Origin: an uncultured virus (IMG/VR IMGVR_UViG_2061766007_000494)
Taxonomy: Duplodnaviria; Heunggongvirae; Uroviricota; Caudoviricetes
Strand: one strand, 5' to 3'
Virus record (IMG/VR): IMGVR_UViG_2061766007_000494
Length of the DNA: 64,000 nt
Positions within the stretch are counted from its first letter, which is position 1; every line of letters begins with the position of its first letter. The position numbers were made by a program, and so were the translations under genes. Of the stretch, positions 1 through 8,749 are shown piece after piece. A model generated the notes under the pieces. It was not told the DNA's origin. It did no database searches and worked only from the letters and a program-made list of their open reading frames with translations.

Positions 1-23
1 AACACGCCAGGAGGGAAAAACCA

Positions 24-1621
24 ATGAAAGAAGCACCTGCATTTCTGCTTACCGGCGCAGAGCTGGGACTTGTCCGGCGAGCGGGAAATGTCATTGACAA
101 CAGCCTGTCAAAGTTTGGGCTTGAGGATCAGCTTAACGAACTGAGCGAGGCCCAGCTTGCAGAGATTGACACCAACATGAGGGCCGCCAGGCTTGCGCCG
201 CCGACGTGCTGCGCGAAGTTTACGGCAATCCTGNNNNNNNNNNNNNNNNNNNNNNNNNNNNNNNNNNNNNNNNNNNNTATGGCATATATGGCGCTCCGAT
301 AGCAAAGCTCTTGGGGAGCTGGCAATCATGGACGAAATTCCCCCCGGAAGCCCCGCCGATTTTGTCCTCCAATCTATCCCGTATGAAAAGGCGGTCTCAC
401 CGGAGGACGCCCAGGCCGTGCGGGACTACCTGGACTTGCTGGAATATTCGTATCTCCAACTAGACCTGAGAAACACGCTTTGGCNNNNNNNNNNNNNNNN
501 NNNNNNNNNNNAACACAGCAGACGGGCAAAGGAAAAAAGAAACTTTCTCCAACGTCACGATCTCATTTTTCAAATCTCGACTATATGCTTTTTCCCAGCA
601 GAAAGGGCTACACGTCGGCGCTCCTCCCTATCGAAAACGAGATTGCCTATATTGCGACGTTCGACGACAGCTTTATAGACCAGCTCGATTTCCGCNNNNN
701 NNNNNNNNNNNNNNNNNNNNNNNNNNNNNNNNNNNNNNNNNNNNNNNNNNNNNNNNNNNTGATTTTCCCCTTATGGCTGCCATCTATAAATACCGCTGGG
801 AGGCTCTATCTCAAAGAACAGTTACCACGCCCACGGAAATCGGCACAGCTTTCACAATCTCGCGGAAAAGCCTTGCTGAGTTCATGCACACCGATTACGA
901 AACGGTAAAAACGGACGCCGACGGNNNNNNNNNNNNNNNNNNNNNNNNNNNNNNNNNNNNNNNNNNNNNNNNNNNNNNNNNNNNNNNNNNNNNNNNNNNN
1001 NNNNNNNNNNNNNNNNNNNNNNNNNNNNNNNNNNNNNNNNNNNNNNNNNNNNNNNNNNNNNNNNNNNNNNNNNNNNNTAATGGCCCTTTTGCCGCCCGCA
1101 CGTTCCAGCAACCGCAAACAGGCGGACTTTCTTCCTGCAAACAACTTTCTCATTCACAGCACAGCCAACGCGACGAGAAACCGCTGCGCTTTGGAAATCG
1201 TAAAGTATGTTTCAAGCGGCTTGCTCCAGNNNNNNNNNNNNNNNNNNNNNNNNNNNNNNNNAAGAGCGGCGTCAACGGTCAGGCTATGTCACAGCTGAAA
1301 AAGGCGATCTTGAGCGACCCCGCGCACGAACAGCCTACGGCAACCTTTAACCCATCGTTCAAGACGGTAATTGAAAACTGCCCCTTGCTGAAGGCCCGTA
1401 TCGCCAAAGCACAGACGGGCGACAACTCCCGGCAGCTTATCAATACCGCCCTCAAAAGCGCATTTTCCGGGGCCTTTAAGATGCTGAAAAAGGAAACCGA
1501 CTGTTACAAGTATTTTGTGGGCCTCAACGTCCCGGAAGTCTGCCCGACTTCCTCCACGTTGTCCAGCGTTTGGGAGATTACTTTTTTCAAAACAGATCCC
1601 GACTTTAGGAAAAAGCCATGA
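24..1621 (+). CDS. Probable single long ORF broken by N-runs; putative replication initiator of a small plasmid or integrative element
   Basis: Consecutive + strand ORF fragments separated only by N-runs, ending at 1621 just upstream of iteron-like repeats. Function is inferred from context. Confidence 0.4.
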
Positions 1622-1736
1622 ATCAACGAAACTACTTCCCCGAATTTTTTGCTTTTTGCTCATTTTCCCGATGGTGTAATATCTCGGAAACCGTTGAAAA
1701 TAAAGGGATTTTGAAGAAAAAGCAATTCGCCAGGAA

Positions 1737-1820
1737 TCCGGGGAACCTATTTCGTTTTTCCGGGGAACCTATTTCGTTTTTCCGGGGAACCTATTTCGCT
1801 TTTCCGGGGAACCTATTTCG
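1737..1820 (+). repeat. Four tandem 22-bp iteron-like repeats (TCCGGGGAACCTATTTCGTTTT)
   Basis: Direct repeats with 22-bp period and no spacers, followed by an AT-rich tract; typical oriV layout. Confidence 0.8.
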
Positions 1821-2089
1821 CCCCGATCTCGGAAACCCTTGATATATAAGGCTTCAGGGGCATTTTGAGCCGTCCTAATAAAGATAATGCAATCATTATC
1901 TTTAATGCGCTTGCTCCCCCCGCTTGACGCGGGGGAGCTGTGCGAGGAAAATAGACGCAGGAACCGGAGAGGGCTTTTCCATTTATCGGCNNNNNNNNNN
2001 GAAAAGTCCTGCGCCGATTCCTGATTGGTCCAGGAACCGGCGCTTAATCTATGTGTCGGTTCCGTCATAACCGACAGAAGCTATAAATA

Positions 2090-2545
2090 AGGCAGCTCGG
2101 TTATGATGCTGGGGGCATACCGTTTATGAGGGTAGGTGTGTCCCCCGTGTCATACACGGGTTGCTTTTGCTATCCGGCAACCGACTACAATTTGTAGTGG
2201 TTCCCTCATGGATGAAGTGTGGCAAGCTCCTGCATTAGAATCTGCCCGGTAAAGATAGTCTATTTCTCCGAGAACCGCTAAATCTGATGCGGGTTACAAA
2301 TGATGTTGGTGGACAGGGCAGCGAAAGCTGGGGCTATTTGCTGGTATGTGTGCGTGGAACCTGGCGCGAAAAAGCACATACTGGACGCAAAGCGACGGGC
2401 GGCTCCGAGGAGCTAACGTTTCTTCTGGCGGTTGGTTCTTGCATCTGCAAGGGCTAACCGTCTCTACTCAGGGACTCACCAAAGAGCTAACACCGGAAAG
2501 GCCGGACACAGCAAGAAAAGATACGGAGCCCGGGAAAACCAAATA
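2090..2545 (+). ncRNA. Candidate large structured ncRNA (~450 nt)
   Basis: No credible ORF. Many helices with G-U pairs on the + strand, a GNRA loop (CAGC-GAAA-GCTG), a possible pseudoknot (ATGAGGG/CCCTCAT), and a downstream terminator. Confidence 0.55.
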
Positions 2546-2557
2546 AAGAGAAGCGTG

Positions 2558-2584
2558 AGAGCCGGGGATTAACCCGGCTCTTTT
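2558..2584. terminator. Intrinsic terminator, probably bidirectional
   Basis: AGAGCCGGG-loop-CCCGGCTCT followed by T residues, between convergent units. Confidence 0.7.
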
Positions 2585-2602
2585 CCGTAACTATCTTCAC
2601 TT

Positions 2603-2860
2603 TTAGCGACCAACTCGCAGCCCTAACAGCTTCAAATCTCCTCTGACCCCGTATTTTTTGAGGAGGTCGCTGTGCTGATTGAAACCGACTTCTTTCAAAC
2701 CGTCTCTCCTGAGAATCAGAAGCCTACGCTGGTACTCATCCCGGTCGAAACCACATCCAACGCAAGTGTGTCGGCGACGGCAGGCGTTTTNNNNNNNNNN
2801 NNNNNNNNNNNNNNNNNNNNNNNNNNNNNNNNNNNNGCTATACTCTGGCGTAAAGATCAT
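2603..2860 (-). CDS. Phage hypothetical protein, paralog of 21341..21541
   Basis: Shared CxxCGF...LRxDGLxE motif. Confidence 0.55.
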   Translation of the reverse strand: MIFTPEYSXXXXXXXXXXXXXXXXNACRRRHTCVGCGFDRDEYQRRLLILRRDGLKEVGFNQHSDLLKKYGVRGDLKLLGLRVGR

Positions 2861-3108
2861 TCGGCTTCACCGTCCTTTTCGTCCTCAATCATGAAGTCCG
2901 CGTAGTTGTATCCGTTCAGGAAGTCCAGGATTTCATCGCGCTGTTTCTCAAGGCGAACGACCTCTTTGGAGATTTCGCCAGCCTTGAGAAGCAGGGCGGT
3001 CACGACCGATTTCGGAAGCGCCTCGCAGAACCTCTTACGGAGGATTTCCTCCCGCGTCAAATCACAGTCGTCCGTAGCGATAAGGTTATAGTAGCTTTTG
3101 CTGTACAT
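2857..3108 (-). CDS. Phage hypothetical protein
   Basis: ORF overlapping the next gene in the operon. Confidence 0.55.
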   Translation of the reverse strand: MYSKSYYNLIATDDCDLTREEILRKRFCEALPKSVVTALLLKAGEISKEVVRLEKQRDEILDFLNGYNYADFMIEDEKDGEAE

Positions 3109-3181
3109 CGGTCTGCCCCCTCCTGTTCAAATCCTCTACGGATTGCGTCTTTCGTCCTGGCATTTGTTAATCACTTCCATA

Positions 3182-3670
3182 TCAGTCAACACCCTCTGGC
3201 TTTTTGATTCCGATACTTTCCAACCGATCCCATTGTGCCGACTGATACTCTGAGCACCACTTCTGCACGGTGGACTCACTTACGCCAAGCATCTCAGACA
3301 AATCCCGGTTGCTGTATCCATTCTCGTCCTTGAATGCTTGAATTGCGTCATGCTGTCTTCCCTGAAGCCTCGCCCTGGTTCTTGCCGCGCTTCTCTGCTT
3401 ATCCAAGCGTCTGCGCTCCAGGTACTCCGCTTCCGTCTCCGGGGGCTTTTTCGGTTTAGGCGTCGGTGCTTTTTTTGTGGTAGAAGCGCCAATTATGGAG
3501 TCTCCGAATGACGAGACTTGCCTCTTCTTTTTACCATACTGCCGTTGGGTACATCCAGTCCCGGATTTGCAACCGCGACTATGCCCGGTCACAGAAGAGA
3601 AGTTACACCCTTTCCCGTAATAAATGCGGATCAGGTAGACGCAACCCTTGCAGTAAGAATCAACCGGCAT
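3182..3670 (-). CDS. Cys-rich N-terminus plus XRE-type HTH protein
   Basis: C-terminal SNRDLSEMLGVSESTVQKW HTH. Confidence 0.65.
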   Translation of the reverse strand: MPVDSYCKGCVYLIRIYYGKGCNFSSVTGHSRGCKSGTGCTQRQYGKKKRQVSSFGDSIIGASTTKKAPTPKPKKPPETEAEYLERRRLDKQRSAARTRARLQGRQHDAIQAFKDENGYSNRDLSEMLGVSESTVQKWCSEYQSAQWDRLESIGIKKPEGVD

Positions 3671-3828
3671 TGTTTTCCCACCACCCTACGCTTAGTTCTC
3701 CGGTAAGCACGTTCCGCAGGACCTGGACCGTGCAGTTGGTATGAAGTTCCACCTCTTCGTAGAGATTTACTTCGACAATTTCTTCCTCCGCTGGAGTCAG
3801 AGTTTCGTCATTCATCGGTCTTCACCTG

Positions 3829-4134
3829 CTACTGTTCTTCTACAACAGCTGCTTTGAGAAGCAGCAGATAGTTGATGTGGTCTGTTATCTTTTCGTTCCA
3901 CAGTTCAATGGGATAGGAGTGCCCGCTCCGGCACATGTCATAAACGGAGATGGTGTGCTTCGCCATCATCCCGGCCAAGGCTTCTGTCGGAGCACATCCC
4001 ATCATTCCGGAAGCCGCCTTAAAATTGTGTAGGCGATCACCGCCGGTGGCGTACTCTCCCGCTTTCTTTAGCAGAATGCCCTTACAGGTTTCAATCTGAT
4101 CTTCAATAATCTTCTCGAACTGTTCGCTGTTCAT
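3829..4134 (-). CDS. Nucleotide-modification-associated (all-alpha pyrophosphatase-like) protein
   Basis: LLKKAGEYA..DRLHNFK...EKITDHINYLLLL motif; RBS GAAGGAG before ATG at 4134. Confidence 0.55.
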   Translation of the reverse strand: MNSEQFEKIIEDQIETCKGILLKKAGEYATGGDRLHNFKAASGMMGCAPTEALAGMMAKHTISVYDMCRSGHSYPIELWNEKITDHINYLLLLKAAVVEEQ

Positions 4135-4155
4135 TGGTATCTCTCCTTCATTTAT

Positions 4156-4178
4156 TGGCAGGGATGGCAGGATTCGGA
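4156..4178 (-). tRNA. 3' end of a tRNA (partial T arm, acceptor, CCA); remainder lies in the N-run
   Basis: Minus strand ..GAATCCTGCCATCCCTGCCA. Confidence 0.6.
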
Positions 4179-5042
4179 NNNNNNNNNNNNNNNNNNNNNN
4201 NNNNNNNNNNNNNNNNNNNNNNNNNNNNNNNNNNNNNNNNNNNNNNNNNNNNNNNNNNNNNNNNNNNNNNNNNNNNNNNNNNNNNNNNNNNNNNNNNNNN
4301 NNNNNNNNNNNNNNNNNNNNNNNNNNNNNNNNNNNNNNNNNNNNNNNNNNNNNNNNNNNNNNNNNNNNNNNNNNNNNNNNNNNNNNNNNNNNNNNNNNNN
4401 NNNNNNNNNNNNNNNNNNNNNNNNNNNNNNNNNNNNNNNNNNNNNNNNNNNNNNNNNNNNNNNNNNNNNNNNNNNNNNNNNNNNNNNNNNNNNNNNNNNN
4501 NNNNNNNNNNNNNNNNNNNNNNNNNNNNNNNNNNNNNNNNNNNNNNNNNNNNNNNNNNNNNNNNNNNNNNNNNNNNNNNNNNNNNNNNNNNNNNNNNNNN
4601 NNNNNNNNNNNNNNNNNNNNNNNNNNNNNNNNNNNNNNNNNNNNNNNNNNNNNNNNNNNNNNNNNNNNNNNNNNNNNNNNNNNNNNNNNNNNNNNNNNNN
4701 NNNNNNNNNNNNNNNNNNNNNNNNNNNNNNNNNNNNNNNNNNNNNNNNNNNNNNNNNNNNNNNNNNNNNNNNNNNNNNNNNNNNNNNNNNNNNNNNNNNN
4801 NNNNNNNNNNNNNNNNNNNNNNNNNNNNNNNNNNNNNNNNNNNNNNNNNNNNNNNNNNNNNNNNNNNNNNNNNNNNNNNNNNNNNNNNNNNNNNNNNNNN
4901 NNNNNNNNNNNNNNNNNNNNNNNNNNNNNNNNNNNNNNNNNNNNNNNNNNNNNNNNNNNNNNNNNCACCGAGCGAATTATGTCACGAATGCGCCTGTTTA
5001 CCTCCCGGGCTGGGACTAGCGCACCGTCAAAGAGCGACCTCC

Positions 5043-5116
5043 TGGAGCTTCCAGGTGGGGTTGAACCACCGTCTGCTGAGTACGAATCAGCCGTTCTACC
5101 GTTGAACCACGGAAGC
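5043..5116 (-). tRNA. tRNA-Thr(CGT)
   Basis: Cloverleaf with anticodon arm GCTGA-TTCGTAC-TCAGC and encoded CCA. Confidence 0.9.
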
Positions 5117-5241
5117 ATATACCCGCCGCGCTTGGCCTTATCACCGACCCTCGTACGTTTCGCGGCTTACCAAGCCGCCGCTATCCGGATAGCAGACACG
5201 AATCCAGCTTCTCGCGCTTCCTCCACCGCTTGCGGGGTTTG

Positions 5242-5331
5242 TGCCGGGAGCGGGACTCGAACCCGCATCAAGGGCATTCAGGAGCATATCCCTTCAAACT
5301 CCAAAGCTTTGCCACATTAAGCTACCCCGGC
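5242..5331 (-). ncRNA. tRNA-like RNA, class A (no canonical anticodon loop)
   Basis: Acceptor GCCGGGG/TCCCGGC, D arm GCTT/AAGC, T arm GCGGG-TTCGAGT-CCCGC; middle arm GGAG/CTCC with an enlarged loop. Confidence 0.7.
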
Positions 5332-5358
5332 ATGGTGCCGGTCTTTCCCGGCTGTCAG

Positions 5359-5515
5359 CCATTGATGAAATCCCCGCTTTTGGGACGCTGGATCGTTCCG
5401 CATTCACAATCATCGGGGCTTGGGGGCGTTCGTTCAGGACTTCCTACGCCATCCGACTTCTCCACTACTACGGTTTTTGCCGTAACGCTCTCGCTCGCGG
5501 TGTCCACGGAGGAAT
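5359..5515 (-). ncRNA. 157-nt structured RNA just 3' of tRNA-Leu, copy 1
   Basis: Near-identical to 32686..32842 (4 substitutions). Confidence 0.65.
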
Positions 5516-5517
5516 TG

Positions 5518-5593
5518 TGCGCCTGGTGGGAGTCGAACCCACAAATTTAACTGCTTTTGAGGCAGCCGCGTATACCAGTTCCGCTACAGGCGC
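5518..5593 (-). tRNA. tRNA-Leu(CAA)
   Basis: Anticodon arm GCTGC-CTCAAAA-GCAGT, TTCGACT T loop; short variable region, no encoded CCA. Confidence 0.85.
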
Positions 5594-5795
5594 ATAAAAG
5601 GCATGGCCTCCGGGGGTCTCCACCACGGAGGAATCCGGTTTCCCGGACCAGCGCCGCCATGCCATAGCCGCAAAAGAAAGGGAGGATGGGTTGCGGCCTG
5701 ACGCTTCTCAGAAAGGAGTCGCAAACGGAACGCCGAGCCGCGCACTCAGCACCCGCATTCTTATCCTACCACGAGCAAATAACATTTCTAAGATA

Positions 5796-5874
5796 AGGGG
5801 CGTCCCGGAGTCGAACCGGGGGAGGATCTCTGTCCTCAGCAACGCATTGCCGCGCCTCCCTGCGCCTCCGCCCC
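5796..5874 (-). ncRNA. tRNA-like RNA, class B (long variable arm, stunted anticodon arm)
   Basis: Acceptor GGGGCG/CGCCCC, D arm GCGC/GCGC, arm GGCAA-TGCG-TTGCT, variable arm GAGGA/TCCTC, T arm CCCGG-TTCGACT-CCGGG. Confidence 0.7.
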
Positions 5875-5917
5875 GTATCTACTCAAGTGGGAATGTCGGG
5901 TTTCCGACCACGTGGCA

Positions 5918-6336
5918 TCACCTCTTCTCCACCCAGATCTTCGGCTCAGGCCCCCAAATGTAAACCGGGTCTGCGTCAACCGTCCAGTCCTCCCGCTTGT
6001 CCTCCGGCAGCTGACGCCAGAAGAAGTTGCGGATGACCGAGTTCATATCCAGGGCAACCTGAACCTCTTTGGTTTTTCTGAAATGATCGATATCCCCACG
6101 GGACGCCGCCCTCATCGCCAAATCCATAAGTTCCCGCACAGCNNNNNNNNNNNNNNNNNNNNNNNTGTGTACTCGTAGTTTTGGAACGCCAGAGCATCCG
6201 AGAGTTCCCACGTCTGCCCCATTCGCAGACGTGCGTATTCCTCACAGGCGCTCTGCAAAAGCCGGAGCTGACGCTCGTTCAGCGTGATGGTGTACTTCTG
6301 CTCCGCAGGAGTCTCAGGCTTCTTTCTCGTGCTCAT
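5918..6336 (-). CDS. Phage hypothetical protein (frame break at an N-run), paralog of 33695..34111
   Basis: KYTITLNERQLRLL...VDADPVYIWG.EPKI shared with the paralog. Confidence 0.75.
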
Positions 6337-7019
6337 TTCTCCATCTCCTTCCGAAGACTGTCCTTGATGTAATAGTCAACGCCAAGCGTCTTGCACAAGG
6401 CTTCCGCTCTGCACCCGAACTCCTTCCAGTTTATGCCCGACGGATAATAGTTCAGCTTTCCAATCTTCACCTTATCCATCGCTCTGTGAAAACAAGTTAT
6501 CAATTTGATAACCTCATTGGCGTTAAGCACCGGCTCAAACGATACCCAAGTGTGAATACCGTGTGCTTTCGCCACTCTCAAGGTGTTGATGATACTGTAC
6601 ACAGAATCGGTTGACTGGCTTCCGTCCATAGTCACGCCATACCAGTCCTCCCCGTCCAGCAGGTCGAAGTCCCGGCTCCCGTCGCCCTTCGTGAGTATCT
6701 GGACGTGATTGCCGTACTCTTTCAGGAGCTTGATGATTTCCCTCGTGGCCGTGCTGTCATAGCCCGTCGGGTATGGATCGCAAGTGAAGCACAGATGAAT
6801 GAGTTTACCGGAGATTTGCTCCTTATCGAGCTGCTTCTTGACTTCTTCGACGATTCCGGGGCGCGGCTCCACATTGCTGTGAAACTGCTCTCGATCCCGG
6901 TGGAGCACCCCCGGCGCGAAACAGTAGTAGCAGCGGTGGGGGCATCCGGTGTAGATATTGAGCGCCAGGTCCCCATATTCCTTTGCCGCGCCCTTTGGCT
7001 CATAGATTGGCGGTTTCAT
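6333..7019 (-). CDS. Radical SAM protein (spore photoproduct lyase-like family)
   Basis: NIYTGCPHRCYYC (CxxxCxxC), CDPY, QILTK and WVSFEP motifs. Confidence 0.8.
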   Translation of the reverse strand: MKPPIYEPKGAAKEYGDLALNIYTGCPHRCYYCFAPGVLHRDREQFHSNVEPRPGIVEEVKKQLDKEQISGKLIHLCFTCDPYPTGYDSTATREIIKLLKEYGNHVQILTKGDGSRDFDLLDGEDWYGVTMDGSQSTDSVYSIINTLRVAKAHGIHTWVSFEPVLNANEVIKLITCFHRAMDKVKIGKLNYYPSGINWKEFGCRAEALCKTLGVDYYIKDSLRKEMEK

Positions 7020-7221
7020 TATCTTTCACTCCTTCCNNNNNNNNNNNNNNNNNNNNNNTCCGCATACCGGGCAGAATCTGATGGGGAAGCTGCCGTGTTC
7101 CCCCTTATCTTCTTCGTCTTCCAGGTATCGCAGGAATAAGACGTGATAGGGAGGATCGGCGGTTTCGTCTTTCTCCCCGGTCGTCAGGTCGATAGCCGGG
7201 AGCGGCGTTATCTTCACACAG

Positions 7222-7345
7222 TCCAGCTCCCACTCTCCGTATTGACACTCCCCACGGATAAATCCGGAGGATTCTCGCTCGATGGACGCAACCGCCCAAG
7301 CATAAACGAGCTATCCCTGTGTGTCCCACAGTTCTTTTTATAATC
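7222..7345 (-). ncRNA. TnpB omegaRNA (reRNA); predicted guide TACGGAGAGTGGGAGCTGGA
   Basis: Right-end scaffold downstream of tnpB ending in TCAA; guide taken as the 3' flank, as established for TnpB. Confidence 0.7.
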
Positions 7346-7346
7346 A

Positions 7347-8474
7347 CTAAACGACAAGTCTTAGTCCTTCCTCTCTTATATTTATCGCCGCGTTGAGGTC
7401 TCTAAGAATATGCGCCCCACACGAGCAATCCCATTCTCGGTCTTTCAGGGTTAAATCAGCGTTTATACTCCCACAGAAACGGCAGATCTTTGAAGATGGA
7501 TACCACTTGTCTATCGTGATAAGCTTCTTCCCTCTCTCAGCCATCTTATATTGCAGAAAGCCCCTGAACTGTCCGAATGCGTTGTCATTGGTTGCTTTAG
7601 CAAGGTGTAACCCCCGCGCCATATCCTGATAGTTGATATCCTCCACGCAAATGAAGTCGTACTTTTCTGCGAGCCTAGTGCTTTCCTTATGCTGCCAATC
7701 CATCCGGCAGTTCCGAACCCTTTCAAACGCTCTCGCCACTCTGATTTTCTGCTTGCGGTAGTTGTTACTACCCTTCGCCATTTTAGAGAGTTTGCGTTGT
7801 TCCTTCGCCAGCTTTTTCTCCGCCTCACGGTAGAAGTGAGGCATATCCGCTTTGTTCCCCTCACTGTCTACATAGAAATGCGGGGAGCTGTAATCCAACC
7901 CCAAGGCATTGCTCTGGTCTAGTTCCTCTACCGGGTCTTCTACCTCTCGCTCCGTCCCTATAGAAACATAGTATTTACCAGATGGGTCTTGCGATATCGT
8001 AGCGGATATAATTCGGCATCCATCTGGAAGTTCCCGGCTTATCCTCGCTTTGATATAGCCCAATTTTGGAAGATGAATCTTTTTCCTATCAACGCGGATA
8101 TCTTTCCCATTGCTATTTGCCGTTGAATAGGATTTTCGGTCATTCTTCTTGCTCTTGAATTTCGGGAACCCCGGTGCTTCTCCGCTCTTTACCCTTCGGA
8201 AAAAGTTCTGGTATGCGGTGTTGAGGTCTCTCAAAGCGTTTTGCAAAGCGTTCTTATCAGGCTCTTTCAGCCACTCATATTCCTGCTTCAATGCCGTGAG
8301 CAACTTGTTCTGTTGAAAGAACGTCCGTCCAACGCCATCCTCCCGATACGCCGCAATGCGGTCTTCAAGGAAATGGTTGTATACGAACCTTACACACCCG
8401 AAAGTCTTTTGAATTAGTTCTTCTTGTGCCTTGTTCGGATATACCCGGTATTTATACGCCTTGCGTATTACCAT
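7347..8474 (-). CDS. tnpB: RNA-guided endonuclease TnpB
   Basis: N-terminal KAYKYRVYP; RuvC D (GLDYS), E (VEDI) and D (RDLNAAINI) all present; Zn finger CRFCG/CSCG. Confidence 0.95.
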   Translation of the reverse strand: MVIRKAYKYRVYPNKAQEELIQKTFGCVRFVYNHFLEDRIAAYREDGVGRTFFQQNKLLTALKQEYEWLKEPDKNALQNALRDLNTAYQNFFRRVKSGEAPGFPKFKSKKNDRKSYSTANSNGKDIRVDRKKIHLPKLGYIKARISRELPDGCRIISATISQDPSGKYYVSIGTEREVEDPVEELDQSNALGLDYSSPHFYVDSEGNKADMPHFYREAEKKLAKEQRKLSKMAKGSNNYRKQKIRVARAFERVRNCRMDWQHKESTRLAEKYDFICVEDINYQDMARGLHLAKATNDNAFGQFRGFLQYKMAERGKKLITIDKWYPSSKICRFCGSINADLTLKDREWDCSCGAHILRDLNAAINIREEGLRLVV

Positions 8475-8596
8475 TTCATCACCACCTTTCTACCACCATT
8501 ATACGCAAGAGACATACCGCTGTCAACACAAACATGGTATCACCTTGACAGAACCTTAGATGCATGGTATCATCGTTTCGGAAAGGAGGTGGTATC

Positions 8597-8749
8597 ATGG
8601 CAATCTCTCAGGACAAGACCAGAACCAACATTACAATCCCGAAGGACTTGAAGGAAAAACTCGAACAGATAGCCAAAGAGGAAAACCGAAGCTTTAACAA
8701 CCTTTTGATCACCGTTCTTCAGGAATACGTTAAGTTAAGAAAGATTTGA
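8597..8749 (+). CDS. Ribbon-helix-helix regulator divergent from tnpB
   Basis: TRTNITIPKDLKEKLEQIAKEENRSFNNL; strong RBS; TGGTATCA repeated three times upstream. Confidence 0.85.
   Translation: MAISQDKTRTNITIPKDLKEKLEQIAKEENRSFNNLLITVLQEYVKLRKI

Noticed and set aside
1737..1820. CRISPR array
   Set aside because: The repeats are contiguous with no spacers and no cas genes nearby; iterons fit better.
3829..5118. 429-aa and 323-aa ORFs spanning the long N-run
   Set aside because: Artefacts of untranslatable Ns; the flanks are tRNA sequence.
4966..5515. HDV-like theta ribozymes or hammerheads at tRNA 3' ends
   Set aside because: I could not fit the nested double-pseudoknot or CUGAnGA/GAAA cores by eye. 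A covariance search is needed to exclude them fully.
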